The notes beneath the pieces were generated by a model. That model made no database searches and had not been told where the DNA came from. It worked only from the letters and a program-made list of their open reading frames with translations. From IMG/VR virus record IMGVR_UViG_2734482556_000013: a DNA stretch of 44,295 nucleotides; one strand, 5' to 3'. How positions within the stretch are numbered: position 1 is the stretch's first letter; each line of letters begins with the position of its first letter. This DNA comes from a virus (taxonomy: Duplodnaviria > Heunggongvirae > Uroviricota > Caudoviricetes). A program made the position numbers and the translations under genes. Positions 13,091 through 23,715 of the stretch are shown in pieces.

Positions 13091-14230
13091 TTAACCAAGA
13101 ATCAGACAACCATGTGCCGGCTTCACTGATGAAACACCCCATGCCAGTCCAACTTCATAGCGCACCTGGCGATACTGACGATACAGTGCAATCTGGAACG
13201 TAATCCCTGAAATCGGGTCCGTAACATTCATTACATCATCAGCATTATCGCCACCTTCCGGCATTGCCGGAGTACGGGATGCCAGCAGAAACGCGTTGCG
13301 ATCAAACGCCATATTTGCAGTAAAGGCCCCAACAACTGTGATGGCAGTATCATCGGCCAGATCCTGACGCAGTCCGGGCGCTGCAAGAGTAATCAGATTG
13401 CTGGTCGCTGCTGCCACAACATACTGATTCGGATCACCAGCGAACGTAACAATCTGACCTGCAGAAATACTCCCCGAACCAGTATCAATGGAAATAAGAA
13501 CATCGCCTTCTTTTTTCTCTCCATTCACGAGATAACCAGTTGCAGCAACCTTTGGCGCTCGTTTCACACCTGCCGAACTGTGAATATTGAATCCCTCCAG
13601 ACGCCCCAACACGCCCTCACGCAGTAGCTGTTCAGTGCCGGATTCATTCACTTTAAACAATACAGACTGTTTTCCGCGCAAATTAGCAATGGCAGTGGAG
13701 CCAAGCACCATCTGCAGATCGGTTGTCGGTGCGCCGTTATCCTCCAGAACCTGACGAGCCAGAGCAGCATCAGAAAGATCATCTTTAACACCAAACGGCG
13801 TTGTCCCTGCGGTTCCCACGGCGCGGGAAGCACCGAAATACAACGCACCAAGATCAGCCTCAACCTCGTTTGCAAGGGCGCGAAAAGCCTGCTTGAACTG
13901 ATCAGCCAGAATGGTGTTGTAAGTCCCTGAAGGGCCAAGAGCCAGTTGTTCTTCACCATTCCATTTAACCGGTGCCATTTTGGATTTAGTAATTTTTACA
14001 TCAACAGTGCCAATATTTTGATCACCGGTATTCGGAGCTGACGGCCCCGGTACGATATCTTCGGTTTTCGCCTCAGGCGCAACTGGCGCGGTTACCGTCT
14101 GATCTTTTGCTGCGGCGTCAGCTTTTGCGTTTTTTGCTACCGCAGGGATAAAACCTACCTGCTCACGGGATACAACATCCAGGGCGGTATAAATAGTCGG
14201 GATCAACCCGGTCAGGGTATTTCCAGCCAT
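13091..14230 (-). CDS. Major capsid protein
   Basis: ORF 13091-14323; preferred start is the ATG at 14228-14230 (MAGNTLTG...) preceded by TAAGGA; position after the scaffold gene. Confidence 0.8.
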   Translation of the reverse strand: MAGNTLTGLIPTIYTALDVVSREQVGFIPAVAKNAKADAAAKDQTVTAPVAPEAKTEDIVPGPSAPNTGDQNIGTVDVKITKSKMAPVKWNGEEQLALGPSGTYNTILADQFKQAFRALANEVEADLGALYFGASRAVGTAGTTPFGVKDDLSDAALARQVLEDNGAPTTDLQMVLGSTAIANLRGKQSVLFKVNESGTEQLLREGVLGRLEGFNIHSSAGVKRAPKVAATGYLVNGEKKEGDVLISIDTGSGSISAGQIVTFAGDPNQYVVAAATSNLITLAAPGLRQDLADDTAITVVGAFTANMAFDRNAFLLASRTPAMPEGGDNADDVMNVTDPISGITFQIALYRQYRQVRYEVGLAWGVSSVKPAHGCLILG

Positions 14231-14328
14231 AATTAAATATTCCTTAAAAATTTGCGTAATTGTGAATAGATGGAGTAATGAGCTATCCAGCCCTGACACC
14301 AGCTCCCATCCGGAAGCTGACAAATGTG

Positions 14329-15093
14329 TTAATCAACGATTGTGATACCGTCTTTCAATGCGTTTTGCTTACCTGCAACATCCAGTGCATCAAAAGCAGA
14401 GCGTTTCATCGTTTTCTGACCAATATCATGCTGTGTCGGACGGGAGCCGCCGCCATTGTTGCCACTGGCTTTCAGGATGTAGTCTTTCTGAGGGTAATTT
14501 TCGACAAGGAACTCCAGCGCCTCATCAAACTGCGCCAGTTCGCCAGGCTTCGCGCGGGAATAAATTTTGTTGCCGGAAGCGTCATAAGCAACGATCCTCC
14601 CTTCTTCCACTTTGAATGCCTGCCCGAAGCGGGCTTGTAATAAATCTGCCGGGATCGCAATTTTATCGGCAATATATTTTGAACCCGCAAAACTACCGCC
14701 AATCATAGAATCGTAAAGCTGCTTCTCCAGCATCTGAGAGCGTTGCTTTTCTTCATCTAATTGCTGCTGAAAATTTTTCGTAATTTCTGCCTTAACCTGG
14801 TCAACCTGTCCCGCATCGAGCAGCTTTTTCTGGTCGATTTTTGACAGCATTTCCAGTGCCTCGATCGCCTTCTTCGGGTCTTCGATAGCGGCAAACTTAG
14901 CCAGTTTTTCCTCTGCAGCTTCTTTAGCCAGGCGATGATTTTTTGCCTCGCCATTAAGCTCTGTAATTTTTTTTGTCGCCAGCGGTGCATCGAAGCCAAT
15001 TTCTTTACCATCGTCGTGCACATAAACTGGCAGGCCAGCAGTATCAATTTCTGCGTATTGTTTTCCGTTAATCTCGACCGTTTTCAGTTTCAT
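14329..15093 (-). CDS. Capsid scaffolding protein
   Basis: Highly charged, coiled-coil-rich protein between head morphogenesis and capsid genes; start taken at MKLKTVEINGKQ (ATG 15091-15093). Confidence 0.7.
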   Translation of the reverse strand: MKLKTVEINGKQYAEIDTAGLPVYVHDDGKEIGFDAPLATKKITELNGEAKNHRLAKEAAEEKLAKFAAIEDPKKAIEALEMLSKIDQKKLLDAGQVDQVKAEITKNFQQQLDEEKQRSQMLEKQLYDSMIGGSFAGSKYIADKIAIPADLLQARFGQAFKVEEGRIVAYDASGNKIYSRAKPGELAQFDEALEFLVENYPQKDYILKASGNNGGGSRPTQHDIGQKTMKRSAFDALDVAGKQNALKDGITIVD

Positions 15094-15197
15094 ATTAGTA
15101 CCTGGTTTAAGTCTTCCGACAGTTACGCTGCTCACCATCCGGATCGCAGCAATAAAAAAGGCCACCCGAAGGTAGCCTGTTGTAATAAATGATTTAT

Positions 15198-16313
15198 TTA
15201 AATCCCTGCTTTTCTGAATACCTGTGCATCACGCTCACGGAGCTGCTTCAGCGTCAGCCATTCGCCTTTATCGGTGTAAAATTCATCTGGCGACATACCA
15301 CCATCCCGAATCAGCTTTGCTCGGCTTTCCCCCACAATCTGTTTTTGTCTGGTGTAAGGCTGACGCAAAAACCATTCCCTGTAGGTTGTATCTCCGGCCA
15401 CCACGCCATCCATGCTGGCCCGCTCAGCCGGGGAAATATCGCGAACATCAATACCCAGTTCCTTCGCTGATTTCAGAATGAACGTTTCCGTTGAGCGGCA
15501 GCAGAAATGAATTTTTCCCGGCCCCTGCAAATAAGGCACGCTGTGACCTACAGGTTTATTATTCAGCGTATATTTGAGGCGATCCCTGATTCGACATTGT
15601 GGCGTAGTACGATTATCAAGCGTTGATAACCATTGCTTACCCTTAATCAAATCATTATTCGCGCTGGCAAAACTCTCACGGGCAGTAGCAGCAAGATGTC
15701 CAACCGCTGTTTTTGCAATGCTGGCCGCATTAGCCCGGCTCATCTGCAATGCACCATCCTGAAATCCCTTACTGACATGTCCCCGAATTTTTCTTGCGAT
15801 CTGCTCATTGGTATCCCCCAGCAAAAAACCCTGACGCACTGTATTTGTTATGCGTCTGAGCCGATCCGCCTCAAGATCTGAGGCCCACTCACTGAGCAGT
15901 CGTCCCTGGAATGGTCGCGCCATTGCAGCGGCATAAAGTGCATCAGGAGAGATACCAACCAGAGGGTGAACATCAGCAACAAAATCAGGTAGCATAGAAT
16001 CAAACAGACTTAACTGATAACCAGCCTCATAAATTGCCAGCTCGTTCAGCTCTCCGGAGAGACTGGTAAACATGCTGTTAATAGCAGTGCGGTTAACCTC
16101 TCTGACGCTCGCCAGAAGTGACTCCAGGCGCTTAACGGTAAAACTACCTGGATCGAGGCTGTCCAGTGCTATCAGCAGGCGAGCAGTAAGTTCCGCATCG
16201 CTGTCATTCAGTATTTTCACCATTCTGGCAGCCACGCCAGTGCTATAGCGGGATATCCAGACTGCATGAGCAATTGATTCATCACGCAGCCGTTCATTCA
16301 CGGTTTGCATCAT
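15198..16313 (-). CDS. Head morphogenesis / minor head protein (Mu F / SPP1 gp7-like)
   Basis: 371-aa ORF directly after the portal gene. Confidence 0.7.
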   Translation of the reverse strand: MMQTVNERLRDESIAHAVWISRYSTGVAARMVKILNDSDAELTARLLIALDSLDPGSFTVKRLESLLASVREVNRTAINSMFTSLSGELNELAIYEAGYQLSLFDSMLPDFVADVHPLVGISPDALYAAAMARPFQGRLLSEWASDLEADRLRRITNTVRQGFLLGDTNEQIARKIRGHVSKGFQDGALQMSRANAASIAKTAVGHLAATARESFASANNDLIKGKQWLSTLDNRTTPQCRIRDRLKYTLNNKPVGHSVPYLQGPGKIHFCCRSTETFILKSAKELGIDVRDISPAERASMDGVVAGDTTYREWFLRQPYTRQKQIVGESRAKLIRDGGMSPDEFYTDKGEWLTLKQLRERDAQVFRKAGI

Positions 16314-17700
16314 TGATTTCCATCAGCATTACACTCTGATTTTTTAATTCATCGATCACTTCCTCTGGACGGGAATCCTGATCGATAAATTTCAACGCCT
16401 GCAACACCCGAACCGCATCAATCTGACGTATATCACCGCCCTGACGCAATGACTGAACAGCCAGCGCGGAGGATGAGTCAAACACCTGGGCAGATACATC
16501 CAGTTCAGTGCGCACATCCACATTGCCACCGCAACTCTCTCCGATCCATTCCGCCATTATCTGGAGAATATTATCGAGGGCATCTTCGAGGGAGTTCGCC
16601 ATTGTATAAAGCGGCGAGTTTTCCTGCATTCGCTCTTCATTAGTCTGATCAACAGATTTGGTGGATGTATTTTCAGCACGCAGAAGTTTAGCGCCGGCAT
16701 GACGCATCTGATTTTCCAGCTTCTCAAGTGATGTTTCGCCAGATTCTATCGCTGCGCCACTATGTTCAACATATTCGAGGCCATTTTTTGTTCTGTCCTC
16801 AAAAATCGTAGCGGTGGATGCACCAACCGTCAGTTCTTCATTCCTGTCCAGCCCGTAGGCCACCAGCAATGGAACGCGGGCAACATGAAGAATATTGTCC
16901 TGCTCGCTCTGGCTTTGCCAGTGCTTGATATTCAGCAAGCCAAGATTAAGCAATGGCGGTGTACCACGCATAAATCCTGTTTTCTTCGTGTACAGTGTTA
17001 CCAGAGGAATATCATCACGGCTGGTATTCCATGACTCATGAAGCGTCCAGACAGATTCGCCATTAGTGCCTTCGCTACGTCGATAAATTTCAACTCGACG
17101 GGGCATAATATGGCGGATCTGCTCCACCTTCTTCTGCCCGAAATCATCACCATCAATAATGATGACCTCTTTTATACGCAAATCAGTGAGAACAACTTTC
17201 CCTTTTTCAACTTTCGATTTCCATCCAATAACCTGGCGTGGATTCAGCATCGTAACGTACGGACGACCACCGGTCGCGTTTTCATCGGCTTTTGTCCGAA
17301 TCTCTTTCATATCCGTTCGTGGATAGTCCACCAGCGCATGTGCCACACCATACTGAAATGCGAGGCTGAAAAATTGCTGCGCCCACACATCCAGTCGGCT
17401 CCCCTCCATGTCGATATTTTCTGCATATTCCCTGATTTTTGCCGGCGTTTCCTCACTCAATACTGTCGGCTCTGCAAATATGCGCCCAATATTTTGCTTG
17501 ATGCTTTCTTCATACACAGGAAGTAGCGTAGCCACAGACAGGCGTTTTTTATAAGCGTCTTCATCTTCGTTAGGCCATTTTGGGAGATAATTTTCCCCCT
17601 GCCTGCGCATTTCAAGCGTACCGCCCATCAGTGCGTCGTTAATATCCCACGCCTCCAGCATATCGTTATAGTCGAGGTTGGGTGTTGATATATCAGCCAT
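16294..17700 (-). CDS. Portal protein
   Basis: 468-aa ORF immediately downstream of the terminase large subunit, acidic C-terminus. Confidence 0.8.
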   Translation of the reverse strand: MADISTPNLDYNDMLEAWDINDALMGGTLEMRRQGENYLPKWPNEDEDAYKKRLSVATLLPVYEESIKQNIGRIFAEPTVLSEETPAKIREYAENIDMEGSRLDVWAQQFFSLAFQYGVAHALVDYPRTDMKEIRTKADENATGGRPYVTMLNPRQVIGWKSKVEKGKVVLTDLRIKEVIIIDGDDFGQKKVEQIRHIMPRRVEIYRRSEGTNGESVWTLHESWNTSRDDIPLVTLYTKKTGFMRGTPPLLNLGLLNIKHWQSQSEQDNILHVARVPLLVAYGLDRNEELTVGASTATIFEDRTKNGLEYVEHSGAAIESGETSLEKLENQMRHAGAKLLRAENTSTKSVDQTNEERMQENSPLYTMANSLEDALDNILQIMAEWIGESCGGNVDVRTELDVSAQVFDSSSALAVQSLRQGGDIRQIDAVRVLQALKFIDQDSRPEEVIDELKNQSVMLMEINDANRE

Positions 17701-17702
17701 AA

Positions 17703-19013
17703 TTAAATCCGAAGTGATGTGACTCTTCCGGTCGGTTTGACAATAGGGAATTGCTTAACGATGAAATAACCTCCGGCATCATTCGGGTGATCATTGCCAG
17801 ATTTTTTATCAGGCTCCCCCTTCTCATCCCAGACCTGTTGCTCCAGAGATTCGGCATATAACGGGCAACGCTTCACATTAACTTTATAGCGACGCTCACC
17901 ATTGGCATTGCAGAACATTGCATTCATTGAGTTAACGCGATCTTTTACTGGCGGGTTCGAGCTGTTCACCACAACGTTAAAACCAGCCTGCTTAAGCTGG
18001 GCTATATCCGTCGTACTTGCGTTACTTGATTTTCTGGAATCCCCGGAAGCATCTGGATAAATATAAATTTCCCTCACTTTCCGGTAATCATTCCCATCAT
18101 ACAGCCAGAAGCGTTCTTTAATGATGCGGATCATATCCGGCGTATCGTAGGCATTGATGATTTCAGTTACCGCACATGGAAGCCCCAAACGCAGCACATG
18201 GACGATTCCCGCCATCTTTCCAACGTTAAAATCCATCCCAATATAAATCGGCTCCCCTGGCTGCTCCACTTCTTCGCAATTATTCAGTTTCCGGTCAAAC
18301 TGATGGTAAACAGTACCACTTGTCAGGTTAGTAAACTGTCCTCGAAGATAGGCTTTAATCAGCTCTGGAGGGTATGATTCAAGAAGCGAAGGAATGTAAT
18401 CTGCTGGCAGGTTCTTTTCATTATCGAAAGTAGATGCCTGCACCAGACCATACAGTGAGGCCAGCTCTGTTTTTTCACGCACGGCTTTAACAAACTGCTC
18501 GTAGACAAATTTGAATCCTTCCGGCGTGGTTGTAACGTCAATACCGTTGCGAAGTCCATCAATCTTATAACGCATACGTGCAATTATCTTGCGCCACGCC
18601 GTTCTGGCTTTTTCCTTCGGCAAAATGTCCAGTTCATCCACCAACGCATTACCAATTTTGAAACCGACGATCGTTTGTGGCTTCTCCATCGATCTGCAGA
18701 TAGTGGTTCCCCGATACTGGCGTCCGTAATAAAAGTGAACCTCTTTATTTCCCTCATTAATTTTTACGTTCAATCCCCAGTCAGCAGCAACTTCTTCCAC
18801 TGTAGGGTAAAAAATATCGCGAATTTGGGGATACGTTGGCGCAAAATATCCCTGATTTATACCTGGATGCTCCCAAATCCCCTTGCATATGCCGCCACAC
18901 CCAACCCATGTTTTGCCCGAGCCAAAACCAGCAATATAGGCTTTAAATTTATGGGGCATTGAAAGAAATCGCGCCTGAGGCACATTAAGCGTCGGAGAGA
19001 TCATCTTCATCAC
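17703..19013 (-). CDS. Terminase large subunit
   Basis: 436 aa with Walker A motif GFGSGKT near the N-terminus and an acidic nuclease-type C-terminal half. Confidence 0.9.
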   Translation of the reverse strand: MMKMISPTLNVPQARFLSMPHKFKAYIAGFGSGKTWVGCGGICKGIWEHPGINQGYFAPTYPQIRDIFYPTVEEVAADWGLNVKINEGNKEVHFYYGRQYRGTTICRSMEKPQTIVGFKIGNALVDELDILPKEKARTAWRKIIARMRYKIDGLRNGIDVTTTPEGFKFVYEQFVKAVREKTELASLYGLVQASTFDNEKNLPADYIPSLLESYPPELIKAYLRGQFTNLTSGTVYHQFDRKLNNCEEVEQPGEPIYIGMDFNVGKMAGIVHVLRLGLPCAVTEIINAYDTPDMIRIIKERFWLYDGNDYRKVREIYIYPDASGDSRKSSNASTTDIAQLKQAGFNVVVNSSNPPVKDRVNSMNAMFCNANGERRYKVNVKRCPLYAESLEQQVWDEKGEPDKKSGNDHPNDAGGYFIVKQFPIVKPTGRVTSLRI

Positions 19014-20079
19014 TCCTTACTCTGGCATCAACCACATTAATATTGATCGCCACAGGCTGGGGATGTTCATTATCTTCCACCGTTTCGATCTCTTTGCGCA
19101 GCTTCTGGTTTTCCATTCTGCGCCGTTCAATTTCCAGTTCCCGTAGCCGCTTATCTGCACATAAAGCCCCGCCAGCAGAAAACAAACGCAACAATTCACG
19201 CCGGGCGGCAGCCTTATCCTCCAGCAGGATCTCAACGCCGAATTTTCCGAATTTTGCCCCTGCATATAATTGCCGCGCATCCCCATCAAGCAGAGTGGTA
19301 TCAGCCATATAAAGCTGTCCCGTTCCCTCACCGCAGCACTTCGGGCAGTCCGGATTGGGTATGGCGTTATCAACAAAGCCGAGGCCTCCATATTCCGGTT
19401 CGGGTTTGCCATCTCTGGAAGCCTGCGCCGCTGCCTTGTCGAATTCTGCTATATCGCGCCACTGGTAGAGATGATTCTCGCCCCAGCAATAACGGCAGTT
19501 AACACGGCGAAATTGTGCAAGCTGATTGGGGTCGGCCAGGACAATAGCCATCAACTGACTCACTAGTAAATCCAGGTCTGCGGTATAGCGTTTCTGGTAC
19601 TGATTGCGGAAGTAGCTGATAGCGCGAAAAACCCTGGCATTTCTAAGCATACGACTGGCGTTGCTGTTAGCTGTCGCACCTTGCCCCTCATAACCGGCTA
19701 GTCGGTACGCCTCTGTCGGCTTTTTACCCTGAGCAACAAGCATCGCAAACTTAGCCTGCTGGTCAGAAATGCCGAATTCATCGGGACAGAACGAAAATTC
19801 CTCCGCGTCGCCCTCATTCAGGCCCGCATCGAATACTGGCTTTTTTTCCTGAGATTTTTCGTTCCGCTTTTGTGCAGTCTGCGCAGATTTTTTCTGCGCA
19901 CTTTTTTGCGCAGTTTTGCACATTTCTGTCTGCGCATTTTTCGGAGTTTTTTTGATGTAACGACGGGCTGTTGCGTAATTCAGTCCCCTTGCTTCACACC
20001 ATGCCACCGGAGATATACCGGAGCGGGTGTATTCAGCAATATACTCCTGCTGCAACGCCCCCCAGTCCGGTCTGCTCAT
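18985..20079 (-). CDS. Terminase small subunit (gpP-like, N-terminal HTH)
   Basis: N-terminus MSRPDWGALQQEYIAEYTRSGISPVAWCEARGLNYATARRYIKK is typical of terminase small subunits; overlaps the large subunit start. Confidence 0.75.
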   Translation of the reverse strand: MSRPDWGALQQEYIAEYTRSGISPVAWCEARGLNYATARRYIKKTPKNAQTEMCKTAQKSAQKKSAQTAQKRNEKSQEKKPVFDAGLNEGDAEEFSFCPDEFGISDQQAKFAMLVAQGKKPTEAYRLAGYEGQGATANSNASRMLRNARVFRAISYFRNQYQKRYTADLDLLVSQLMAIVLADPNQLAQFRRVNCRYCWGENHLYQWRDIAEFDKAAAQASRDGKPEPEYGGLGFVDNAIPNPDCPKCCGEGTGQLYMADTTLLDGDARQLYAGAKFGKFGVEILLEDKAAARRELLRLFSAGGALCADKRLRELEIERRRMENQKLRKEIETVEDNEHPQPVAININVVDARVRSDEDDLSDA

Positions 20080-20082
20080 CAG

Positions 20083-20292
20083 TTAGTCCTGATTTTTATC
20101 CACCCTGAGTAGTTCGCGCAGAGCAAAGGCATCCCCTTTTCTGGCAAGCTTAAACAATGCCGCTCGTAACTCGGCTTCACCTTTCGCTCTGCCCTTACGG
20201 ATGGCCGCATAAAAATCTGTCATTGCTTCCCGATTTTCTTTCAGTCGGTTCAGATCAACATCCAGAACGTCAGCGATTTGTTGTGCAGTCAT
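20083..20292 (-). CDS. Small hypothetical protein (possible DNA-binding)
   Basis: ORF 20083-20334; basic, helical; overlaps the upstream gene, so the start is uncertain. Confidence 0.3.
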   Translation of the reverse strand: MTAQQIADVLDVDLNRLKENREAMTDFYAAIRKGRAKGEAELRAALFKLARKGDAFALRELLRVDKNQD

Positions 20293-21220
20293 CCGGCACG
20301 CTGCCAGAGACTCGACTTTCGAATACGGAATCATTTGTCACCCCCATTGATATGCAGGGTGTCTTCTTCCTGTATTTTTCGTGAAGGATTTTTACTGCAG
20401 CGTTGTTCCAGGTGACCTGATGGTGAATGCGTTTATGACTGGCACCCATAAGTGAGATTTTTACGCACGACGGCGCATACATGACGGAGTAAAAACTTTT
20501 AACGTAGGTTCCGGAATCCAGATACAGCTCGGTCATTCCGCCGCTGTTTTTCTGCGTCTGTTTCTGCCCTAACTGGACAGCACCGATCGTCATAAACAAT
20601 TCACCACAGCGACCGAGATTCGTGTACGTATTCACATCCTCGTTAATGCGCCCCATGAATGAGAACGGTCGATCAACCGAACAGATAAAGCTGTTCATTG
20701 CCTTGCGTTTCACCCACGAAGCATGGCCGCCATTGTCACCAAGAAAATCCCCGCCCTGCGACATAGCGATGGAAAGAGCAGGTATTGATTCGTAGTACGC
20801 AAGCATTTCAGAAAGGATCTCATCCAGTTTCCTTATCGGGAAATAGGCCTGGTCATAGTTGCGATCCACCCGAAACTGGAACTCGTGATAATCATCATCG
20901 AGCTGAATGAAGTATTTACACCCGACCAGTTTTGCCTGGTCGAAACAGGCATTACGGGCGTAAAAAATTGAGCGGCGGTCACTAAAATTATCGGCTTCGT
21001 CAAAACGACTAGCAATATCGGCTTTGGAAAATACCAGCACCTGTTCACCAAATTCAGCCATGTACTGATGCCGTGTCTTATCTTCATCATCAACAACGAT
21101 AAAAATTTTCCCGGTATAGCCAGCACGACGCAACGTCCGGTAAGTCAGAACTTTGTCCGGTCGCCCGTGAGTCAGAATAAAGGCGCAAAAATCATCACGC
21201 ATATTCCTCCTCCCCGCCAT
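20270..21220 (-). CDS. Conserved phage protein with GT-A-like DxD motifs, function unknown
   Basis: 316 aa; N-terminal ...AFILTHGRPDK...IFIVVDDEDK... and later QLDDD resemble glycosyl/nucleotidyl-transferase signatures; translationally coupled to the upstream ParB-like gene. Confidence 0.55.
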   Translation of the reverse strand: MAGRRNMRDDFCAFILTHGRPDKVLTYRTLRRAGYTGKIFIVVDDEDKTRHQYMAEFGEQVLVFSKADIASRFDEADNFSDRRSIFYARNACFDQAKLVGCKYFIQLDDDYHEFQFRVDRNYDQAYFPIRKLDEILSEMLAYYESIPALSIAMSQGGDFLGDNGGHASWVKRKAMNSFICSVDRPFSFMGRINEDVNTYTNLGRCGELFMTIGAVQLGQKQTQKNSGGMTELYLDSGTYVKSFYSVMYAPSCVKISLMGASHKRIHHQVTWNNAAVKILHEKYRKKTPCISMGVTNDSVFESRVSGSVPDDCTTNR

Positions 21221-21983
21221 GCATGATCTCCACCATGCGCTGCGTCATTCGGACAAATCCATTTTCAATAGCCTGCTGATAATCAATGATCACCAGCGCC
21301 GACTCCTCGAAAAGGCACTGAATTTCAGCGGGGGCATGAGCGTAATAGTCCGCAATTCTGCTGAAATTAAACACCGTGTGACGTTCTGCTGCACACAGGA
21401 GGAATTTCTCAATATCAGGATCAAGGGACGCCGAACGTATCCGGCTGATCAGCTCCTGAGTTTTCGTATCGTCGTACAGTTCACTGATATCCGGTTTACC
21501 GCCTGACGGCTCATAAACAGGCGTATCAATTTTCGTCGTATACGGCTCCTCCTCATTTCCTGTACCGGGCAAAACATCCGTCAACAGTTCATCAATTTCT
21601 GCCGGGATGAAGCCTGTCAGGGAGACATCAAAATCAGCATTGATTAGGTCCGACAGCTCCATCCGCAACAGATCTTCATCCCAGCCAGCATTCATCGGCA
21701 GGCGATTATCTGCCAGGCGGTACGCCTTTTTCTGCTCATCCGTCAGGCCAGACAGAACAATGACCGGAACAGAATCCATTTTGAGCATTTCAGCCGCCAT
21801 AACACGACCGTGACCCGCAATAATTTCGCCCTTTTCGTCAATCAGCACCGGATTAGTCCAGCCGAATTGCTTAATACTTTCTACCAGTTGTGCCACCTGC
21901 TCAGTACTGTGCGTCCTGGCGTTGTGCGCATACGGTGACAATTCTTGTAATGGGCGATAGACTATCTTTAATTTCTCGCTCAT
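21195..21983 (-). CDS. ParB-like nuclease domain protein
   Basis: N-terminus ...LSPYAHNARTHSTEQVAQLVESIKQFGWTNPVLID...IIAGHGRVMAA... carries the ParB/Srx signature (GHGR). Confidence 0.75.
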   Translation of the reverse strand: MSEKLKIVYRPLQELSPYAHNARTHSTEQVAQLVESIKQFGWTNPVLIDEKGEIIAGHGRVMAAEMLKMDSVPVIVLSGLTDEQKKAYRLADNRLPMNAGWDEDLLRMELSDLINADFDVSLTGFIPAEIDELLTDVLPGTGNEEEPYTTKIDTPVYEPSGGKPDISELYDDTKTQELISRIRSASLDPDIEKFLLCAAERHTVFNFSRIADYYAHAPAEIQCLFEESALVIIDYQQAIENGFVRMTQRMVEIMHGGEEEYA

Positions 21984-22120
21984 ACAGCCTTGCTTTATGA
22001 ATAAAACGCACCCCAGCAGCCAGTGCTACTGGGGGCGGAGGTGTTGCTGGTAAAGTTAGGTATTGGATCAATGAGTGAGTCAACATAATATTAAACTCAC
22101 AATTATAAATCAGCCATATA

Positions 22121-23578
22121 TTAGGAGCGCCAAAAAAAACCTGAAAACAATATAATAACAGGATAAATTTCAAGGCGACCAAGAATCATAGCTATGCACA
22201 TTAAATATTTTGCAATGTCATTAAGCACTCCGAATGACGATGCAGTAGCCCCAAAACCTAATCCCATATTATTAATACATGCAGCCACTGTTGCAAATGA
22301 TGTAAGAAAATCATATCCCATACCATTTAACACCAGTATAAAAAACACCGTGAAGAGAGTATAAAGAAAAAAGAAACTCCATACAGACCTCATTACACGA
22401 TCTGTAACTATCTTCCCTCCTACATTTACACTCAACAACGCTCTGGGATGAGAAAGCTGATTTATCTCGTGTTTGCTTTGTTTGAAAAGTATAAGAAATC
22501 GAAGTGACTTAATTCCACCACAGGTTGAACCTATACATCCCCCAAAGAAACTTGACAACAGCAAAAACACTATCGTGTGCGTGGGCCAGTTTGCATAATC
22601 CTGCGTAGCTAAACCATTATCAGTGAGCATGGAGCTGGCAAGAAAAAACGAATGAATAAAACTTCCATGCAAGTCATACATACCTATATGCCAGACCTGG
22701 AAAGAGGTAACAATGATCACCCCTAAGGCTATTAACAGAAAGAAACGAAGTTCAATATCTCTGATTAAAGGTTTTATCGTTTTTCTGCTAATAACAATAT
22801 ACCAAAGAGTGAAGTTGAAAGCCGATAGCAGGGAAAAAGAACCAGCCACCAGCTCAACCAAATAGTTATTAAAATATCCGATACTCTCGCTATGAGTTGA
22901 GAAACCACCAAGCGAAACTGTGGAAATCCCGTGACAAATAGCATCAAACAAAGGCATTCCTGCAAGTCTATAACAGACAATACAAGCAATACCTAATAAA
23001 GAATAAGTTATCCACAGTGTCCGTGACGTATCGGCCAGGCGGGGAGTGAGTTTGTCATCCTTAAATGGCCCCGGCATTTCTGACTGATAAAGCTTTGCAC
23101 CACCAATACCCAATAATGGCAATACTGCAACCGCCAGAACAATAACTCCTAAACCACCTATAAAATTTAACTGTGACCGATAGTACAAATATGCCCGAGG
23201 TAATGAACTAACATCATCAATTACAGTTGCTCCTGTTGTTGTTATTCCAGAAACCCCTTCAAACAGAGCATCAATGAACGTTAAATTAAGTTCTGAGTCA
23301 ATCCATAAAGGGAATGCACTAATAACAGAAAACAAAATCCAAAACATTACAATTATAATAAACCCATCACGGGTACGTAATTGAATGCCAGATTTCTTAG
23401 TTGTATACCACGCTCCGCCACCAATGCAAAAAAATATAACGAAAGTTATAAAGAAAACGAACAGGCTTTTTTCTTTATAAAACAATGCTACAACCATTGG
23501 TGGCAACATTGAAAGACTATAGAGCCAAACCAGGAACCCACACATATGAGTAACAACTCTTACATGAGATGTATTCAT
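22121..23578 (-). CDS. trkG: TrkH-family potassium uptake protein TrkG
   Basis: Polytopic membrane protein starting MNTSHVRVVTHMCGFLVWLYSL... (ATG 23576-23578), matching K-12 Rac-encoded TrkG; visibly AT-rich gene. Confidence 0.9.
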   Translation of the reverse strand: MNTSHVRVVTHMCGFLVWLYSLSMLPPMVVALFYKEKSLFVFFITFVIFFCIGGGAWYTTKKSGIQLRTRDGFIIIVMFWILFSVISAFPLWIDSELNLTFIDALFEGVSGITTTGATVIDDVSSLPRAYLYYRSQLNFIGGLGVIVLAVAVLPLLGIGGAKLYQSEMPGPFKDDKLTPRLADTSRTLWITYSLLGIACIVCYRLAGMPLFDAICHGISTVSLGGFSTHSESIGYFNNYLVELVAGSFSLLSAFNFTLWYIVISRKTIKPLIRDIELRFFLLIALGVIIVTSFQVWHIGMYDLHGSFIHSFFLASSMLTDNGLATQDYANWPTHTIVFLLLSSFFGGCIGSTCGGIKSLRFLILFKQSKHEINQLSHPRALLSVNVGGKIVTDRVMRSVWSFFFLYTLFTVFFILVLNGMGYDFLTSFATVAACINNMGLGFGATASSFGVLNDIAKYLMCIAMILGRLEIYPVIILFSGFFWRS

Positions 23579-23715
23579 ATCTAAATATTCTTTCAATTAT
23601 AACCACCTTGCTGCAATATTATGATTATACTGTATAAAATTTAACTCCTCTTAGATCTTACTTCACTGTTCCTTATGAAACAATCATCAAAATGAATCAT
23701 ATTGTAGTTAAGATT

